DNA of 64,000 nt from Selaginella moellendorffii (lineage: Eukaryota > Plantae > Lycopodiophyta): contig NW_003314343.1 of assembly GCF_000143415.4 (NCBI RefSeq), positions 310,813-374,812 on the forward strand, read 5' to 3'. Of the stretch, positions 37,728-50,789 are shown one piece after another. A program made the translations under genes and the position numbers. The notes under the pieces were generated by a model, which searched no databases, was not told the origin of the DNA, and was given only the letters and a program-made list of their open reading frames with translations. Numbering within the stretch: position 1 is the first letter of the stretch; each line of letters begins with the position of its first letter.

Positions 37728-39321
37728 TTAGCTACTATAGACGCTTCTTTCAAGCCGTGCTTTTGGAACAGCAATGAGCGGCTGCGTTTTGTGACAAACC
37801 AAGCCATAAGTCTCGTCCATGTTGATCTCAGTTGGATCTTGTCCCTTCGCCAACTTCCACTCGAATCCCTGAACCAGTGTAGCAATGCCAATCTGCAGCG
37901 TGTCAAATCCAAGTTTAGCTCCAGGGCACATTCGCCTTCCAGATCCGAAAGGCAGCAAGTTGTAATCTTGTCCGAACACGTCGATGTCGGCCTCTAGAAA
38001 TCGCTCGGGCCGGTACTTCATTGGATCTTTCCAGTGTGCAGGATCGATGCCGAGCGAATGGAAGTTGACAAAGGCGCAGGTACCGTTAGGAATGGTGTAG
38101 CCACCAAGTTTTGAAGGACCTCCTCGGACTACCTTGGGAAGCGCCAGTGGTGCTAGCTGGTGCAGCCTCAATGTTTCTTTGGCGATTGCAGCGATGAATG
38201 GTAGCTGATCCAAGTCTGAATCTTCCACCAATCTGTTGCTTCCAACCACAGAATCTATATCTTTGCGGGCCTTTTCCATGACGGCTGGGTGACGAAGGAG
38301 CTCTGTGATGGCCCATTCCAGTGAGAGTGCTGAAGTATCCACTGCACCAAGCAACATATCCTGAAACAAATTTGGATGACTTATATATTGTGTAAAGCAG
38401 GAAACCACTTACGAAGAGAAGGGAGAGCTTGGTAATATCTGAAACTTCTTCTTCAGTTGAATCCAGAGAAAGGAGGATGTCAATGAACGGAACAGGCTCA
38501 TCTCTCCTATACTTTCGAGGGTTCCTTCTATGATCTTGCAGGACAGAAAGCAAGTAGTCGTTCACCTTAGCTATCAGCTGCTTGTACCGTTTCTCCAAGC
38601 GTTGAACGTCCAGCCATTTGATTGCTGGGATGAAATCACTGATGTTGAATACCCCTGACAATCTTAAGCTTTCTATAACTGCATCCGCAAAAGCGTCAAG
38701 TGCTGCTGTATTCCTGGCATGCGCCCCGTAGAAACGCTCTCCGAAGAGCATGTAAGTGATGATGTTCACGTTCAGGTTGTGGAACTTGTCTCTGAGCTTG
38801 ATCGGTGTGCCTTCTGCAGACACAATCGAACGCGCTAGACTGCATTGTTCTTCCCTGCGGATCTTGTCGTAGACTTTGAGCCTGGTTGCCGAGAGCAGAT
38901 GAGTGTTGACGATCTTCCTGTACAGTTTCAGCTGTGGAGTGTACTCCGCATAAACAATCCCATTGAAATCATTGCCAAAATGCCTGCCAGCTATAGTAGG
39001 AACTTTAGAAGCAAACTCAAGGCCACGATACTTGTACAGCTCCTTTGCTGCTTCTTCAGAGCTCACAACTACGAACGGTACTGTACCAAATTTGAGATGC
39101 ATAATGCCACCGTACTTTCTAGACAGCTCGTGAAGAGACACATGAGGAAGAGGGCCAATCAAGTGAAGACAACCAATCACAGGCAGGCTAAATGGTCCAG
39201 GGGGGAGATCGCTGGGCTTTCTGAAGAACCATCTTGAAGTGACAATCACAAGCAGCAATACAAGCAACAACGAGTAGCAGTTTTCTTGTAGGAAAGCTGG
39301 AATGCTGGACAGAAGCTCCAT
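37728..39321 (-). CDS. Cytochrome P450, CYP71 clan, copy 2; 2 exons, 513 aa
   Basis: Same structure as copy 1 at offset +17350, intron 38361-38412, four amino-acid differences seen. Confidence 0.95.
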
Positions 39322-41695
39322 TCTTTCTATTCTTTGCTCCAAAAAGAGCAGAGGAACAAGGAAGAAATTCTCCTACCTTAGCACGAAAGAAATAGCCGGC
39401 CTTGTGTCACATACGCTGGACAATGTTCTTGTGTATTGTGTGAAATATCTACTTACCTGGCTCCAGTAAAGTCGTACAAGCAAGCTGGACCGAGACAAGG
39501 AAACGAGAAAACGAGATTTTGTCATAGTGATTATATCGCTTGTAATAATTATTGACAAACTTGGTCCTCAATCTAAGAAAAAACTACAACAAATCTAATT
39601 AATGAACAAGGGAATCATAAAAACGAAAACAACAATCTTGAACTCTAAGGAATCTATAAAACCCCTTACTTCCAGAAATTGTGAGTGTTTAGATTACTGG
39701 GGTTTGTTTATATACAAAAATGGATGGATTATATTTAATCCTAATTAGATGGTCTATATATAATACTTAAATGCTATGTAATAAGTATGCTAAATTAATC
39801 TAAGAGGAAATTAATAATAATTTATTTTTCTTACAGTTTTGAATATTGTAGAAAAACATTAACTATGTCTTTATTTATGCTTTATTTATATATTTATATA
39901 ATGTATAAGAAGTATATTCTCTTTTTTTAAATACAAGGAATATTTTATGATACCTCTCAAAGGGAGAATGAAACAAATAATTTCCCTTGTGCATTAAGCC
40001 AACCCTGCAAACAGGTAATTGCAAATTGGATTTGCTATCAAATTTGTTCTTTTTTTAATTTTCATTGTGTTCCTTTTTTTTTGTTTATCATGCCACACTC
40101 TTCTCAATGTTGTTCAAGGCCTTAGGCAACATTGTTTCTACTATTGTATCACACATTAATCAAGGTTTTGGTGTTATGAGGTGTTATTTTGTTAATTTTA
40201 TTTAAGTCTTTAGTGTGTTGATGTCTCTAGCTTTAGTGGGACATAATTACACAGCTTTTACTATTTTTGGTATTATAATATCTTTTGCTAATGTGAAGTG
40301 AATGCTTCTTGGAAGATGTTTGAAAATCAAGAAGATGATGTTTATGAGCTTAAGTGGATTCTTGTTAATAAAAAATTCAATTACTTTGAAAATAACTTTA
40401 AAAATAAATTCAATATTTTGAAGGGTATGTGTCAATCATTTAGTTTTTCTTTTTGCCTTCTACATTTTCCCAACCTTTTCTTGTTTTTTTGGCTTTGCCT
40501 CTTCAAATTTCTATTATTTCTTCCTCATCTATTGCACTTTTTCTCCTAGCACATTGATCAATTCTGACACTTATAATTCATGTTCTTAGTTTAGTGTTAG
40601 GTTGAGTGCTCTTTGTCCTCCTTAAAGTAATTTAGATTTTGTCATATATTTACCATTTCTTTATATTTACTGAATAATATTTTTAGCACTACTGGCCACT
40701 ACAAAAATTGAACTTCATTAGATTTGAATTCGATATCTACTATTCATATAGATGGGCATTTGGGGCTAATACTTAGATTACGCTTATGGATTAGCTTAGG
40801 TTACATCAAATTAGATTTTAGATCTCTTTTAAAGTAGGGTTTTGAGGACTTTATACTCAATACAAATTCATCTTATCTTCTTTATTAATATTTAAATAGT
40901 AATTTTTTTTGTCTTTCTTATTCTCAACAATGAACTTTTAAAAGATTGAATATTTTGATATCAAAGGCTTCTTCATATCCTCTTCTTCAACTTCAATTAT
41001 ATCAGAAGTCTAATTAAATATTAAAGTAATCCAATATGACATTTCACTTGCAGCACTAGCAAATTATTCAATACCAATAACAACATGGCTGACCAATTTA
41101 GGATATTTTCTAACTCCTTTCTTAGCATGTTTGTCTTTATTTTGTGTCTGGTTTAGCCCAAGGTACATATAATGTTAGTTGGTGGAGTACTTATATTTTC
41201 AATTGATATGCTAAAATAACATTAAACTCTGTTCAGCTCTATTTTGCATGGTAATTTTGACATTAGGATGTTAAATGTTTTAAGACTATTTTAATGTCAT
41301 TCCATGCTTTTTTACTCTTTAGTTATATACTTAAGAGTTATATCATTAATTCATCACTCTTTAATTATATACTTAAGAATTTAATTATGTTTCTCCATCC
41401 TAAGGCTCTAAAATTTAAGTTTTGCTCCATTGTATTTGGGCCACGTGTTCAAGAGTTAAGATTCTACTTCATAATTATCTTATGGTAAAACACTAATAAG
41501 GTAAAGGTACACTACAAATACTCACTATCTCATTTCTTGAAACACAACTCTTTTAAAGGTTTTTAGAGGTTGGATCTTCATCCAGCTTTAGAGATCTTAT
41601 ACTTTTTTTATCTTGAGCTCCAAGTGTAAAACAGTTTAAGCCCCTAAACCTTAAAAAGCATAAAGCTAACAAGATCATTGCTTTAGGGTTTTACT

Positions 41696-44260
41696 ATGGG
41701 CGCCAATGCTGCCGCTTTCGCGTCTCTACTGCGCGGCGCCACCAATCTCTCGCAATGCCGCTGGATCCTGGAGCAGCTGATCAACAGCAGGTATGCTGGT
41801 GACATCTTCCTGGGGAATTTGGCGCTCCAGATGTTTGGGAAGCTGCACGGCATCGGCGACGCCAGGGCTTTGTTCCACCGGATGGCACAGACCGGGCGAA
41901 ATCTCTTCTCCTGGTCGATCATGATCTCGGCACTGTGTCGCGACGGGCATCACCGCGAGGCCCTGGGGTGTTACCACGCGATGAATCTGGAAGGGGGCAT
42001 TGAGGCTGATATGGTGATCTTGTCCACCGTCATTGGCGTTTGCTCCGCGCTCCAGAATCTCTGCGAGGGACGCAAGCTCCACGATCGCGTCGCTGGCTGT
42101 GGCCTGGAATCCGACACGGTCGTCCACAACGCTTTGGTGAGCATGTATGTGAAGTGTGGCTGCTTGGACGATGCTCGAGCGGTCTTCGACGCTACTCCGA
42201 CGCGAGAGAAGGATGCCGTCTCTTGGAACGTGATGATGGCTGCGTACTCCTCGCGAGGTAAGTTCCAGCAAGCTCTAGAGATTTTCAATGACTGTCTACT
42301 CCACTCCGTCCAGGGACCCGATGCCGTGAGCTTTGTCACCGCCATCTCGGCCTGCTGTGGATTAAAAGACGTGAAGCAGGCTAGAGCTCTGGAGGAGCTC
42401 AGTTGTTCGCATGGATTTTTGGAGACCAGCGTTGCGGTCCAGAACTCTCTCATCAACCTCTATGGAAAATGCGCGAGCTTGAGCGAGGCCAGGTTGGTTT
42501 TTGACAGGATTGCTTCCAAGACTGCTGTGAGCTGGAACTCTATAATGGCAGCTTACGGCCAACATGGAAATAGCTCGGAAGTCTTAAGCTTGTTCCGGAG
42601 GATGGACTTGGAGGGCATCGAGCTGAGCAAGGCGACTTATGTCGCAGTTGTCAGTTCGTGCTGCAGTAATGGAGGTGATGCTGAGACGAGAAGAGAAATT
42701 TTGTCACAGGTTTGTTATCGCATTCATGCTGCCTTCTATTCTGATGTGGTGCTTGGGACTTGTCTTCTAGATGCACACGCCAAATGCGGGAGTTTGGAAG
42801 GGGCTCGCGCTATCTTCGACTTCATGCCTGAAAAGAATGCGCGGACATGGAATTCGATGATCGGTGCTTGCATCCAGCACGGACACAGCGACGAAGCCAT
42901 GCAAACGTTCTACGAGATGCAGCTCGAAGGCATCCACGTCACTGACGTGACAGTCATCGTTGTTCTAGGAGCCTGCACATCCGATCAGCACCTCGACTTG
43001 GGCAACAGGATTCAGAAGCTAGTTTCTGAAGGAAACCATGCCCAGCCAGCGACTGCTCTTCAGAACTCTCTCGTCAACATGTACGCCAAGTGTGGGTGCC
43101 TTGAAGCCGCAAAGAAGAACTTTGACGAGATGGAACAGGATACGCGAAGTGTGGTCTCCTGGAACGCAATGATCTCGGCCTACATTCAAAACTCGCGGGA
43201 TGTAGAGGCCTTGGAATTGTACAAGCAAATGTGCCAGGCAGCAGAGCCAGATTCCTTCACATTCTCAAGCGTCCTCACCGCCTGCTCCAACTTGAATGCT
43301 CTAGAGGAGGGGAAGTTGGTCCACCATCAGGTTGAAGCCACTGGAATGGAACTGGATGGTGTGCTCGGGAGTGCACTCATCACCATGTATGGCAAGTGCG
43401 AAGACTCCGGCAGTGCTCGCCTGGTTTTTGAGACACTGGTGGAAGAGCAGAGGACGAGCATGGACGTCGTGTGCTGGAACGCGATGATCTCGGCTTACTC
43501 CCAGTGCGGCTGCAGCAGCGAAGCTTTCGAGCTCTTCTACAAGATGGACCTGGAAGGCATCAAACAAGTCAGTGCGAGCTTCGTCAGCATCCTCGCAGCG
43601 TGCGACAGTTTCGACAAAGGGATGGCACTCGAGTTACGGCTGGCTAGTGCTGGACTGGATACGAGCCAGGAGATTGGAGCCGCACTGATCAACATGCACA
43701 GCAGGTGTGGAAACTTGGACCGAGCGAGACGCGTGTTCGACAGCATGGTGCGCATCAACGACGTAAGAGCATTGCGGAATCCAATCTGCTGGACGGCCAT
43801 GCTTGCGGCCTACTCCCACCATGGCTGCGCTCGCCAGAGCCTGGAGCTCCTCTTCCTCATGAGCCTCGAAGGCGTCCAGCCCAACGAGATCAACTTCACC
43901 AGCATTCTCAACGCGTGTAGCCATGCAGGCCTCAGCAGCCAGGCGTGGACGAGCTTTCTAGACATGCACACCAAGTATGGCGTAGCTCCCGCTGCTCAGC
44001 ACCTGGTTTGCTTGAGCGACATGCTGGGGAGAGCCGGGATGCTGGGTGAAGCGGAGGCGTTCATCGGGACCTCGACTTACGATGACACTAGTACCGAGGC
44101 CGAGTTCGCTGCTGTGGCATGGAAGTCACTGCTCAATGCTTGCAAACTCCAGGGGAATGCCGGAGCTGGAGCTCGTGTAGCGGAGAAGCTGGCCGAGCTG
44201 GAGCCCGAGGTGGCGGCTCCTTACATCCTCCTGGCCGGTATCTACGCAGCTCAGACGTGA
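41696..44260 (+). CDS. PLS-class pentatricopeptide repeat protein with E-type C-terminus (no DYW domain)
   Basis: Intronless 854-aa ORF with repeated NALVSMYxKCGxLxxAxxVFD and VSWNAMIxAY motifs; ends AWKSLLNAC...APYILLAGIYA. Confidence 0.93.
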   Translation: MGANAAAFASLLRGATNLSQCRWILEQLINSRYAGDIFLGNLALQMFGKLHGIGDARALFHRMAQTGRNLFSWSIMISALCRDGHHREALGCYHAMNLEGGIEADMVILSTVIGVCSALQNLCEGRKLHDRVAGCGLESDTVVHNALVSMYVKCGCLDDARAVFDATPTREKDAVSWNVMMAAYSSRGKFQQALEIFNDCLLHSVQGPDAVSFVTAISACCGLKDVKQARALEELSCSHGFLETSVAVQNSLINLYGKCASLSEARLVFDRIASKTAVSWNSIMAAYGQHGNSSEVLSLFRRMDLEGIELSKATYVAVVSSCCSNGGDAETRREILSQVCYRIHAAFYSDVVLGTCLLDAHAKCGSLEGARAIFDFMPEKNARTWNSMIGACIQHGHSDEAMQTFYEMQLEGIHVTDVTVIVVLGACTSDQHLDLGNRIQKLVSEGNHAQPATALQNSLVNMYAKCGCLEAAKKNFDEMEQDTRSVVSWNAMISAYIQNSRDVEALELYKQMCQAAEPDSFTFSSVLTACSNLNALEEGKLVHHQVEATGMELDGVLGSALITMYGKCEDSGSARLVFETLVEEQRTSMDVVCWNAMISAYSQCGCSSEAFELFYKMDLEGIKQVSASFVSILAACDSFDKGMALELRLASAGLDTSQEIGAALINMHSRCGNLDRARRVFDSMVRINDVRALRNPICWTAMLAAYSHHGCARQSLELLFLMSLEGVQPNEINFTSILNACSHAGLSSQAWTSFLDMHTKYGVAPAAQHLVCLSDMLGRAGMLGEAEAFIGTSTYDDTSTEAEFAAVAWKSLLNACKLQGNAGAGARVAEKLAELEPEVAAPYILLAGIYAAQT

Positions 44261-44351
44261 CGATGGAAAGAAAAGTTGGCCGGGAACCCAGAGTTTTATT
44301 GCTTGGCGGCGAAGAATATATCTACACGGAGGAACTGCAAAGCAAAAGCTT

Positions 44352-45857
44352 TCACGAAGCGATGCAGCCCGATGAATCCTTCTGTGGCCGGGGAAACGTA
44401 CTGAATTTGGACGAGTCATTGTGCTCCGGGGTCCGTTTGGCCTTGGAGTCTTCGGAAGGGCCTGGAGCCGAGTAGCCCGGGGAACTAATCTCCAGTAGCC
44501 TCTTCTTTATGTACTCGAAACTAGTGAATGTGATGACCGCCGCCGGGGTTGTTCTCATCAAGTTGGTCGCACAGCCGCGATAGTAGCCTCGAATCCCTTC
44601 TTGCTTCCAGATCTTTTGCACGCAGTCGACCACGCCATTGTATCTTGGATTGGCGGAGCTTCCCTGCTCTTGTAGCCTGGATCTCACAACCTGCTCGTTC
44701 TTACTCAGCGCTTGATCTTTGATATATAGCCAAGGACGGAGAAAAAGAAGGCTTACCTCGTGAGGATATGTTACAGTCGAAGCAATCATCTTCGACGCTG
44801 CCGACGCTCCAATAACACCAAATGTGCCACTGTCAGCGAGACGCTCTTTAAGATGCTCGTAAACGGGAAACTGAACAGCTACGTGGCTCACCCCAACTAG
44901 AGCTGGAACCAATCCACTGCTCGATGTCAAAGCAAGAGAACAGAGTTAGCTAAAACTACGGCCACCAGCGAAAATACATACCTGTACAGTCCACGAAGTC
45001 CTTCCTCTCTTCCAATCCGGACGAGGGAAGAGAGTGTTCCGACATACGGAGCGATCCCGGACTTCACTTGCTGAGTCTGTGAAAGAATATCAAACAGAAA
45101 TTAAAGCAAGAAAGAGTGAGCGATCGACATACCTGGAGACGCGTCTTGACAACCCAAAGAGGATTTGTAGCAATATTCGTTGCCGATCCGGCAACTACAG
45201 CAGCTATCATGTGTTCGCCAGGAGACAATTTCTTATCGGGAGAGCCATCTGAAATGAAGTCACGAGAGTAAGCTTGTGGAGAAAGAAAAATGGAAAAGAA
45301 GTCACCTCTGCGCTCTAGATACCCTTTCATCTGCTCGTAGGCTGTGAAATAAACCTGTGGAAAGAGCTCGAGTTAGAAACCAGAAAACTTCGTGACATGG
45401 ATGGATCGATTTGCTGCATACGCACCGCCCAGTTTGGCAGCAATGCGAAGATGGTCGGGGAGAGACCGCGGTACATACCCGCAACTCCTTCATTCTGGAA
45501 GATCACGGCCAAGCTGCGGACAATCACCCCACCACCTGGGAAGAATCTAAGTTTTGGGAAGAACAGAAAAAAAAAAGAGAGGAATTTTTATAGTACCCTT
45601 CGCGACGGCTTGATCGGGAACAGGAGCTTTGTGTACTTGAAGGCGAGTTTTCACGACATCCAAAGGACACACAAACGTCGCAGAGATTGCGCCTATAGAA
45701 AGCGCAAAGAATACAATCGAGATGGAAGATGGATTGGATATTTACCCGCGCCGGCGCCAGCGAGCGCGCTAACGAGCTTGTCGCGCTGGTCTTCTCGGAT
45801 TCCTTGCAGCCAGCTCTTCATCGCGCTCCCGACTGGATCGGCGTCATTGTGAGTCAT
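44352..45857 (-). CDS. Mitochondrial carrier family protein, NAD+ transporter (NDT1/2-like)
   Basis: Three carrier signatures ([33 protein letters not shown]), plus [15 protein letters not shown] and [23 protein letters not shown]. Confidence 0.9.
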
Positions 45858-46022
45858 CCATCCAATTCGCGAGGCAATTGGAGCGATCGAGCTCCCCGGC
45901 AATCACGAGCCCTCCGCTTTCCCCCAACCCTAACCCCGATTACACTGACATTGCGCCACGTGTAAAAAAGACACTGGCCCTTTTTTGGATTCCCTATTTC
46001 TATTTCTTTGTTTAGGCGTCTC

Positions 46023-47081
<1,059 letters not shown>

Positions 47082-47250
47082 GGCAGCGCAGCGGCAGCAG
47101 CGAAAAATCCCAATTCTCTTAGCGATGGAGGGAGGATCCAAGAACCCTAAATATGGGCCAAGTATAGAAACGTTGGCCAGTGCCGCATTTGCGACACGTG
47201 CACACATATAAGCCGTTGCTAGTGACGCGCGATCCGAGGGTTGTGAGTTA
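47082..47250. promoter_or_regulatory. 169-bp bidirectional promoter region between RPL10 and MAPEG
   Basis: Telo-box-like AACCCTAA (47143-47150) next to site II TGGGCC (47154-47159), plus a CACGTG G-box near 47195. Confidence 0.55.
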
Positions 47251-48078
47251 ATGGCTATGGCGTGTAGTGTGGGTGCCGGCGCCGCCAGGAAGCCGCCGAG
47301 GAATGGCATTGGCATTGGCATTTGCAGCAGCAGAGCGGCGAGATTGCAAGCGAGAGCGGCGTCTCCACTGCCCGCCGAGTTTGGATTCGTGGCGCTCACA
47401 GCAGCATCCAGCGCTGTTCTTACGCAATGGCAAGCGGTCCAGGTGAGAATCTACATTACATTCTAGCTGATTGATCCCGCGAGTGACTGCGCTGCTTGAT
47501 TCGATCGATCAGGTGGGAATCCAGCGGCGAAAAGTGGGATTGAAATATCCACAGGTGGGATTTTTGAGCGATCCCAGTGATCAAACTTGAACTTTTTCGT
47601 GCATGCATGGCACAGATGTACGAGGATGCCGAGAAATCTGTGTTTAATTGCTACCAGCGAGCGCATCAAAACACGCTCGAGAGCTACCCGGCATTTCTGG
47701 CGCTGCTGCTTGTGTCGGGCTTGGGCTACCCGATCACCGCGTCCGTGTGAGTGTTCTGGAAACTCTAGCCTTGTTCCAGCTCGATCGGCTGTGAAAAAAT
47801 CTCTTTTTTTTTCTCTCGGATTGATGCAGCTTTGGAATGGTATGGGTGATTGGACGCGTCGTCTATTCGCTCGGGTGAGTGAAATCACTTCAATTGCGAT
47901 CGAGAAGTTCTAGCTTTTGGCTTGATCTTCTTTGATTTTGTGTAGATACTACACCGGCGATCCAGACAATAGATTCAGGGGGATCTGGAATGCATTTGGA
48001 TTGCTGGGTCTCCTCGTCACCTCGATCGTGTTTGGAAGCAGTCAGGTCGCGGCCATTTTCTTCCCTCGCGTCTCGTAA
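47251..48078 (+). CDS. MAPEG family protein (microsomal glutathione S-transferase 3-like)
   Basis: [10 protein letters not shown]...Q|[14 protein letters not shown]|[25 protein letters not shown]...|GRVVYSLG|YYTGDP. [13 protein letters not shown] is the MGST3 signature. Confidence 0.92.
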
Positions 48079-48449
48079 ACAAAAGCTTGTAAGTTTTCTC
48101 TTTGTCCGATTCCCAGAATTTGGGAGCTTTCTATAGTCTATTCCAAAGCATCGAATATATGCGCCGGCACCAGGTTATATTCCATCCATCCGCGGCTTGC
48201 TTTGACGACGCATTCACAAAGTAGACAAACGCCATGTTACGTACGTGGAAAAACTTGCGCTGATATTGTTTCTAGATCGTAATCTAGTCCAGGATATACA
48301 AATCTTCGAGAGACGTTTGATTCCATCCAATGTGTTGGGCATGCCTAGTTTAATTTTGACGTTGGCGATCAATCCATCCAGCTAGAGAGGCCTATCCCAG
48401 AAAAATTGGCACAAAAGTTAGGGATTACGATCGCGAGAAAGATACAGGA

Positions 48450-48515
48450 TTGACTTCCTCGCCACTTATGATGGAGACCCGCGTTGACTAAGACGAGTGT
48501 GCGATTGACTTGACC
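48450..48515 (+). promoter_or_regulatory. W-box cluster upstream of CBP60
   Basis: TTGACT at 48450, 48484 and 48505, TTGACC at 48510; nearby CCGCGT and TGACG motifs. Confidence 0.45.
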
Positions 48516-49021
48516 CGGTAAGAATATTCCAGAGGCGCCAGCGTGGCAGCAGGGCTGACGTGGTGACTTGCGATTGCCCGCACGCCTACGCCGACTGAGC
48601 CGCCGTGGCACGCGGAGACTGTGTTGCCCGCTGCCAGCTCACCGCGCCCACGCGGCCCTTATGTCGCGTTCACACGGGCGCGGGTTTTGTGGTTTTGGGA
48701 TTATTGTAGCTATAGTTTTGGCGAGGAAGCGTGGAGGAAATTTTCAGCAGGCTGGGAGGAGGTTTCGTGGGCGCTGCTTCGCAGGGTTCAGATTCGTCCT
48801 CTCCGCGCATCGCAGCCAAAAATCTCTGCGGCGGCGCTGCTCGCGCGCAAGCTCGCACGAGAGGAGGGAATTCTTCCCAATTCCGAGAAGGATCGGGAAA
48901 GCGCACGCTAAGGTTTGGGGGTTTTGGGGATCCAGATGTGAATTTCGCGCAGCAATGACTGATTCTTCGTGTGTCTTGGTGGTCAGGACTCAGGTCTGGG
49001 GCAATTGGAGAGATTCTAGGT

Positions 49022-50789
49022 ATGACGCTTAATCCGAATGCGCTGAGGGAGAAGAGGCCGCTGGAGAAGCAAGCCAGCTTCAGCAACAGGGATGGATTGC
49101 CCGAAGAGAAGAGGCAAAAGTCGCTTGCCGGGTAAGAGAAGATATGACCAAGTCCAATTCATCTCGCCATAACATTTCTTATCTAACAGGGTCATATTCG
49201 AAGCTGTGAAAATGGATAGCATGCAAAAGCTGTGTACCTCTCTGGAACCTTTCCTCCGCAAAGTTGTGAGTTTCTATCTTTTTTCTGTTTCGATGCCTTG
49301 ACATCAAAGTTTTCTTTTCCTTTCTTCTGTGAGATCAGGTTGGTGAAGAGGTTGAACGAGCTCTGTCAAAATTCCCATCTTCAAAACTGGGACTAAAGTA
49401 AGTGCTAGATCTTTCATCTCCTTTCTCTAGATTTTGTGGAAGTTCTGATCGAGGATTACTCCAGAGCTTCGCCTCCAAAGAAGATCCCCGGCCCGAACGA
49501 CAAGATGTTGAGGTTGCAATTCAGAAATAAGCTCGCGCTTCCGCTTTTCACGGGTAGCAAAGTAGAAGGCGAGCAGGGGTCTAGCATACATGTGGTGCTC
49601 CAGGATGCAGCCACAGGTCAAGTTGTCACGACTGGACCCGAAGCTTCAGCAAAGTTAGATATCGTAGTTCTGGAAGGCGACTTTAGTGTTGACGATGAGG
49701 ATGACTGGACGCAGGACGAGTTTGAGAACCATGTTGTCAAGGAGCGCGAAGGCAAGAGGCCTTTGCTTACGGGAGAGGCTCACTTGACATTGAAGGAAGG
49801 GGTGGGAGCGCTTGGGGAGCTCACCTTCACAGATAACTCGAGCTGGATCAGGAGCAGGAAATTCAGGCTTGGGGTCCGGATGTCGGGAGCTAGCAGCGAA
49901 GTTCTTCGTATTCGAGAAGCAAAGACAGAATCGTTCACAGTGAAAGATCACAGAGGGGAACGTAAGTTGGCGACTGAACTGTTTCTTTTTTTTGTTTGGT
50001 TTTGACATGCTGCTTACCGATGTTACGTGCGCTCTTGTGCAGTGTACAAGAAGCATTATCCACCTGCATTAACGGACGAGGTGTGGCGTCTGGATAAGAT
50101 CGGAAAGGACGGGGCTTTCCACAAGCGGCTGAATCAAAACGGGATACAGTCAGTGGAAGACTTCCTGCGAATGGTTGTCATGGACCCTCAAAAGTTGCGC
50201 AATGTAAGCAAGCGCTACTTCTGTTTCTACTTAGAAGAGTTTTTTAGTTTGTGGACAAGCTAAACGTTGTGCTCAATCTCAGGTGCTGGGAAATGGAATG
50301 TCCAACAAGATGTGGGAAGGAACTGTGGAGCACGCAAAGACATGCGTGTTGAGTGGCAAGCTTCACGTCTACTATGCGGACGAGCGACATAACATCGGAG
50401 TCATTTTCAACAACATTTTCCAGCTGATGGGATTGATCGCCGACGGCCAGTACGTGTCCGCAGATTCTTTGTCCGACAGCGAAAAGGTCTGAATCCTCAT
50501 TTCTCTCTTACGGTTTTGCCAAAACTTAGTTCGTCTTCCACAGGTTTACGTGGACAAGCTCGTCAAAGTCGCGTACGAGAACTGGGAAAGGGTGGTGGAA
50601 TACGATGGCGAGGCACTGGCAGTTCCAAAGCCTCATATGCTACGAGGCCTCGACGCTCACACGGAAGATCCCGTTCCAGGCCGCCAGAGCTCGCGGCAAC
50701 AGCAGCAACAACAGGGACTGCTTGGAAACCAGCAACAGAGACCCGGATCAGCCGGGAACCTGGGAAGATACTCGTCCTACATGCCGTGA
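49022..50789 (+). CDS. CBP60: CBP60/SARD1-family transcription factor
   Basis: [79 protein letters not shown] and [16 protein letters not shown]. Confidence 0.95.

Larger units (their letters stand above)
36023..41637 (+). repeat. Tandem segmental duplication, unit 2 (compact)
   Basis: Starts with a copy of the WD40 3' coding end (caggagcgagac...tttgatact, cf. 18841-19005) and ends at aagtgtaaaacagtt (cf. ~35312-35326). Confidence 0.85.
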
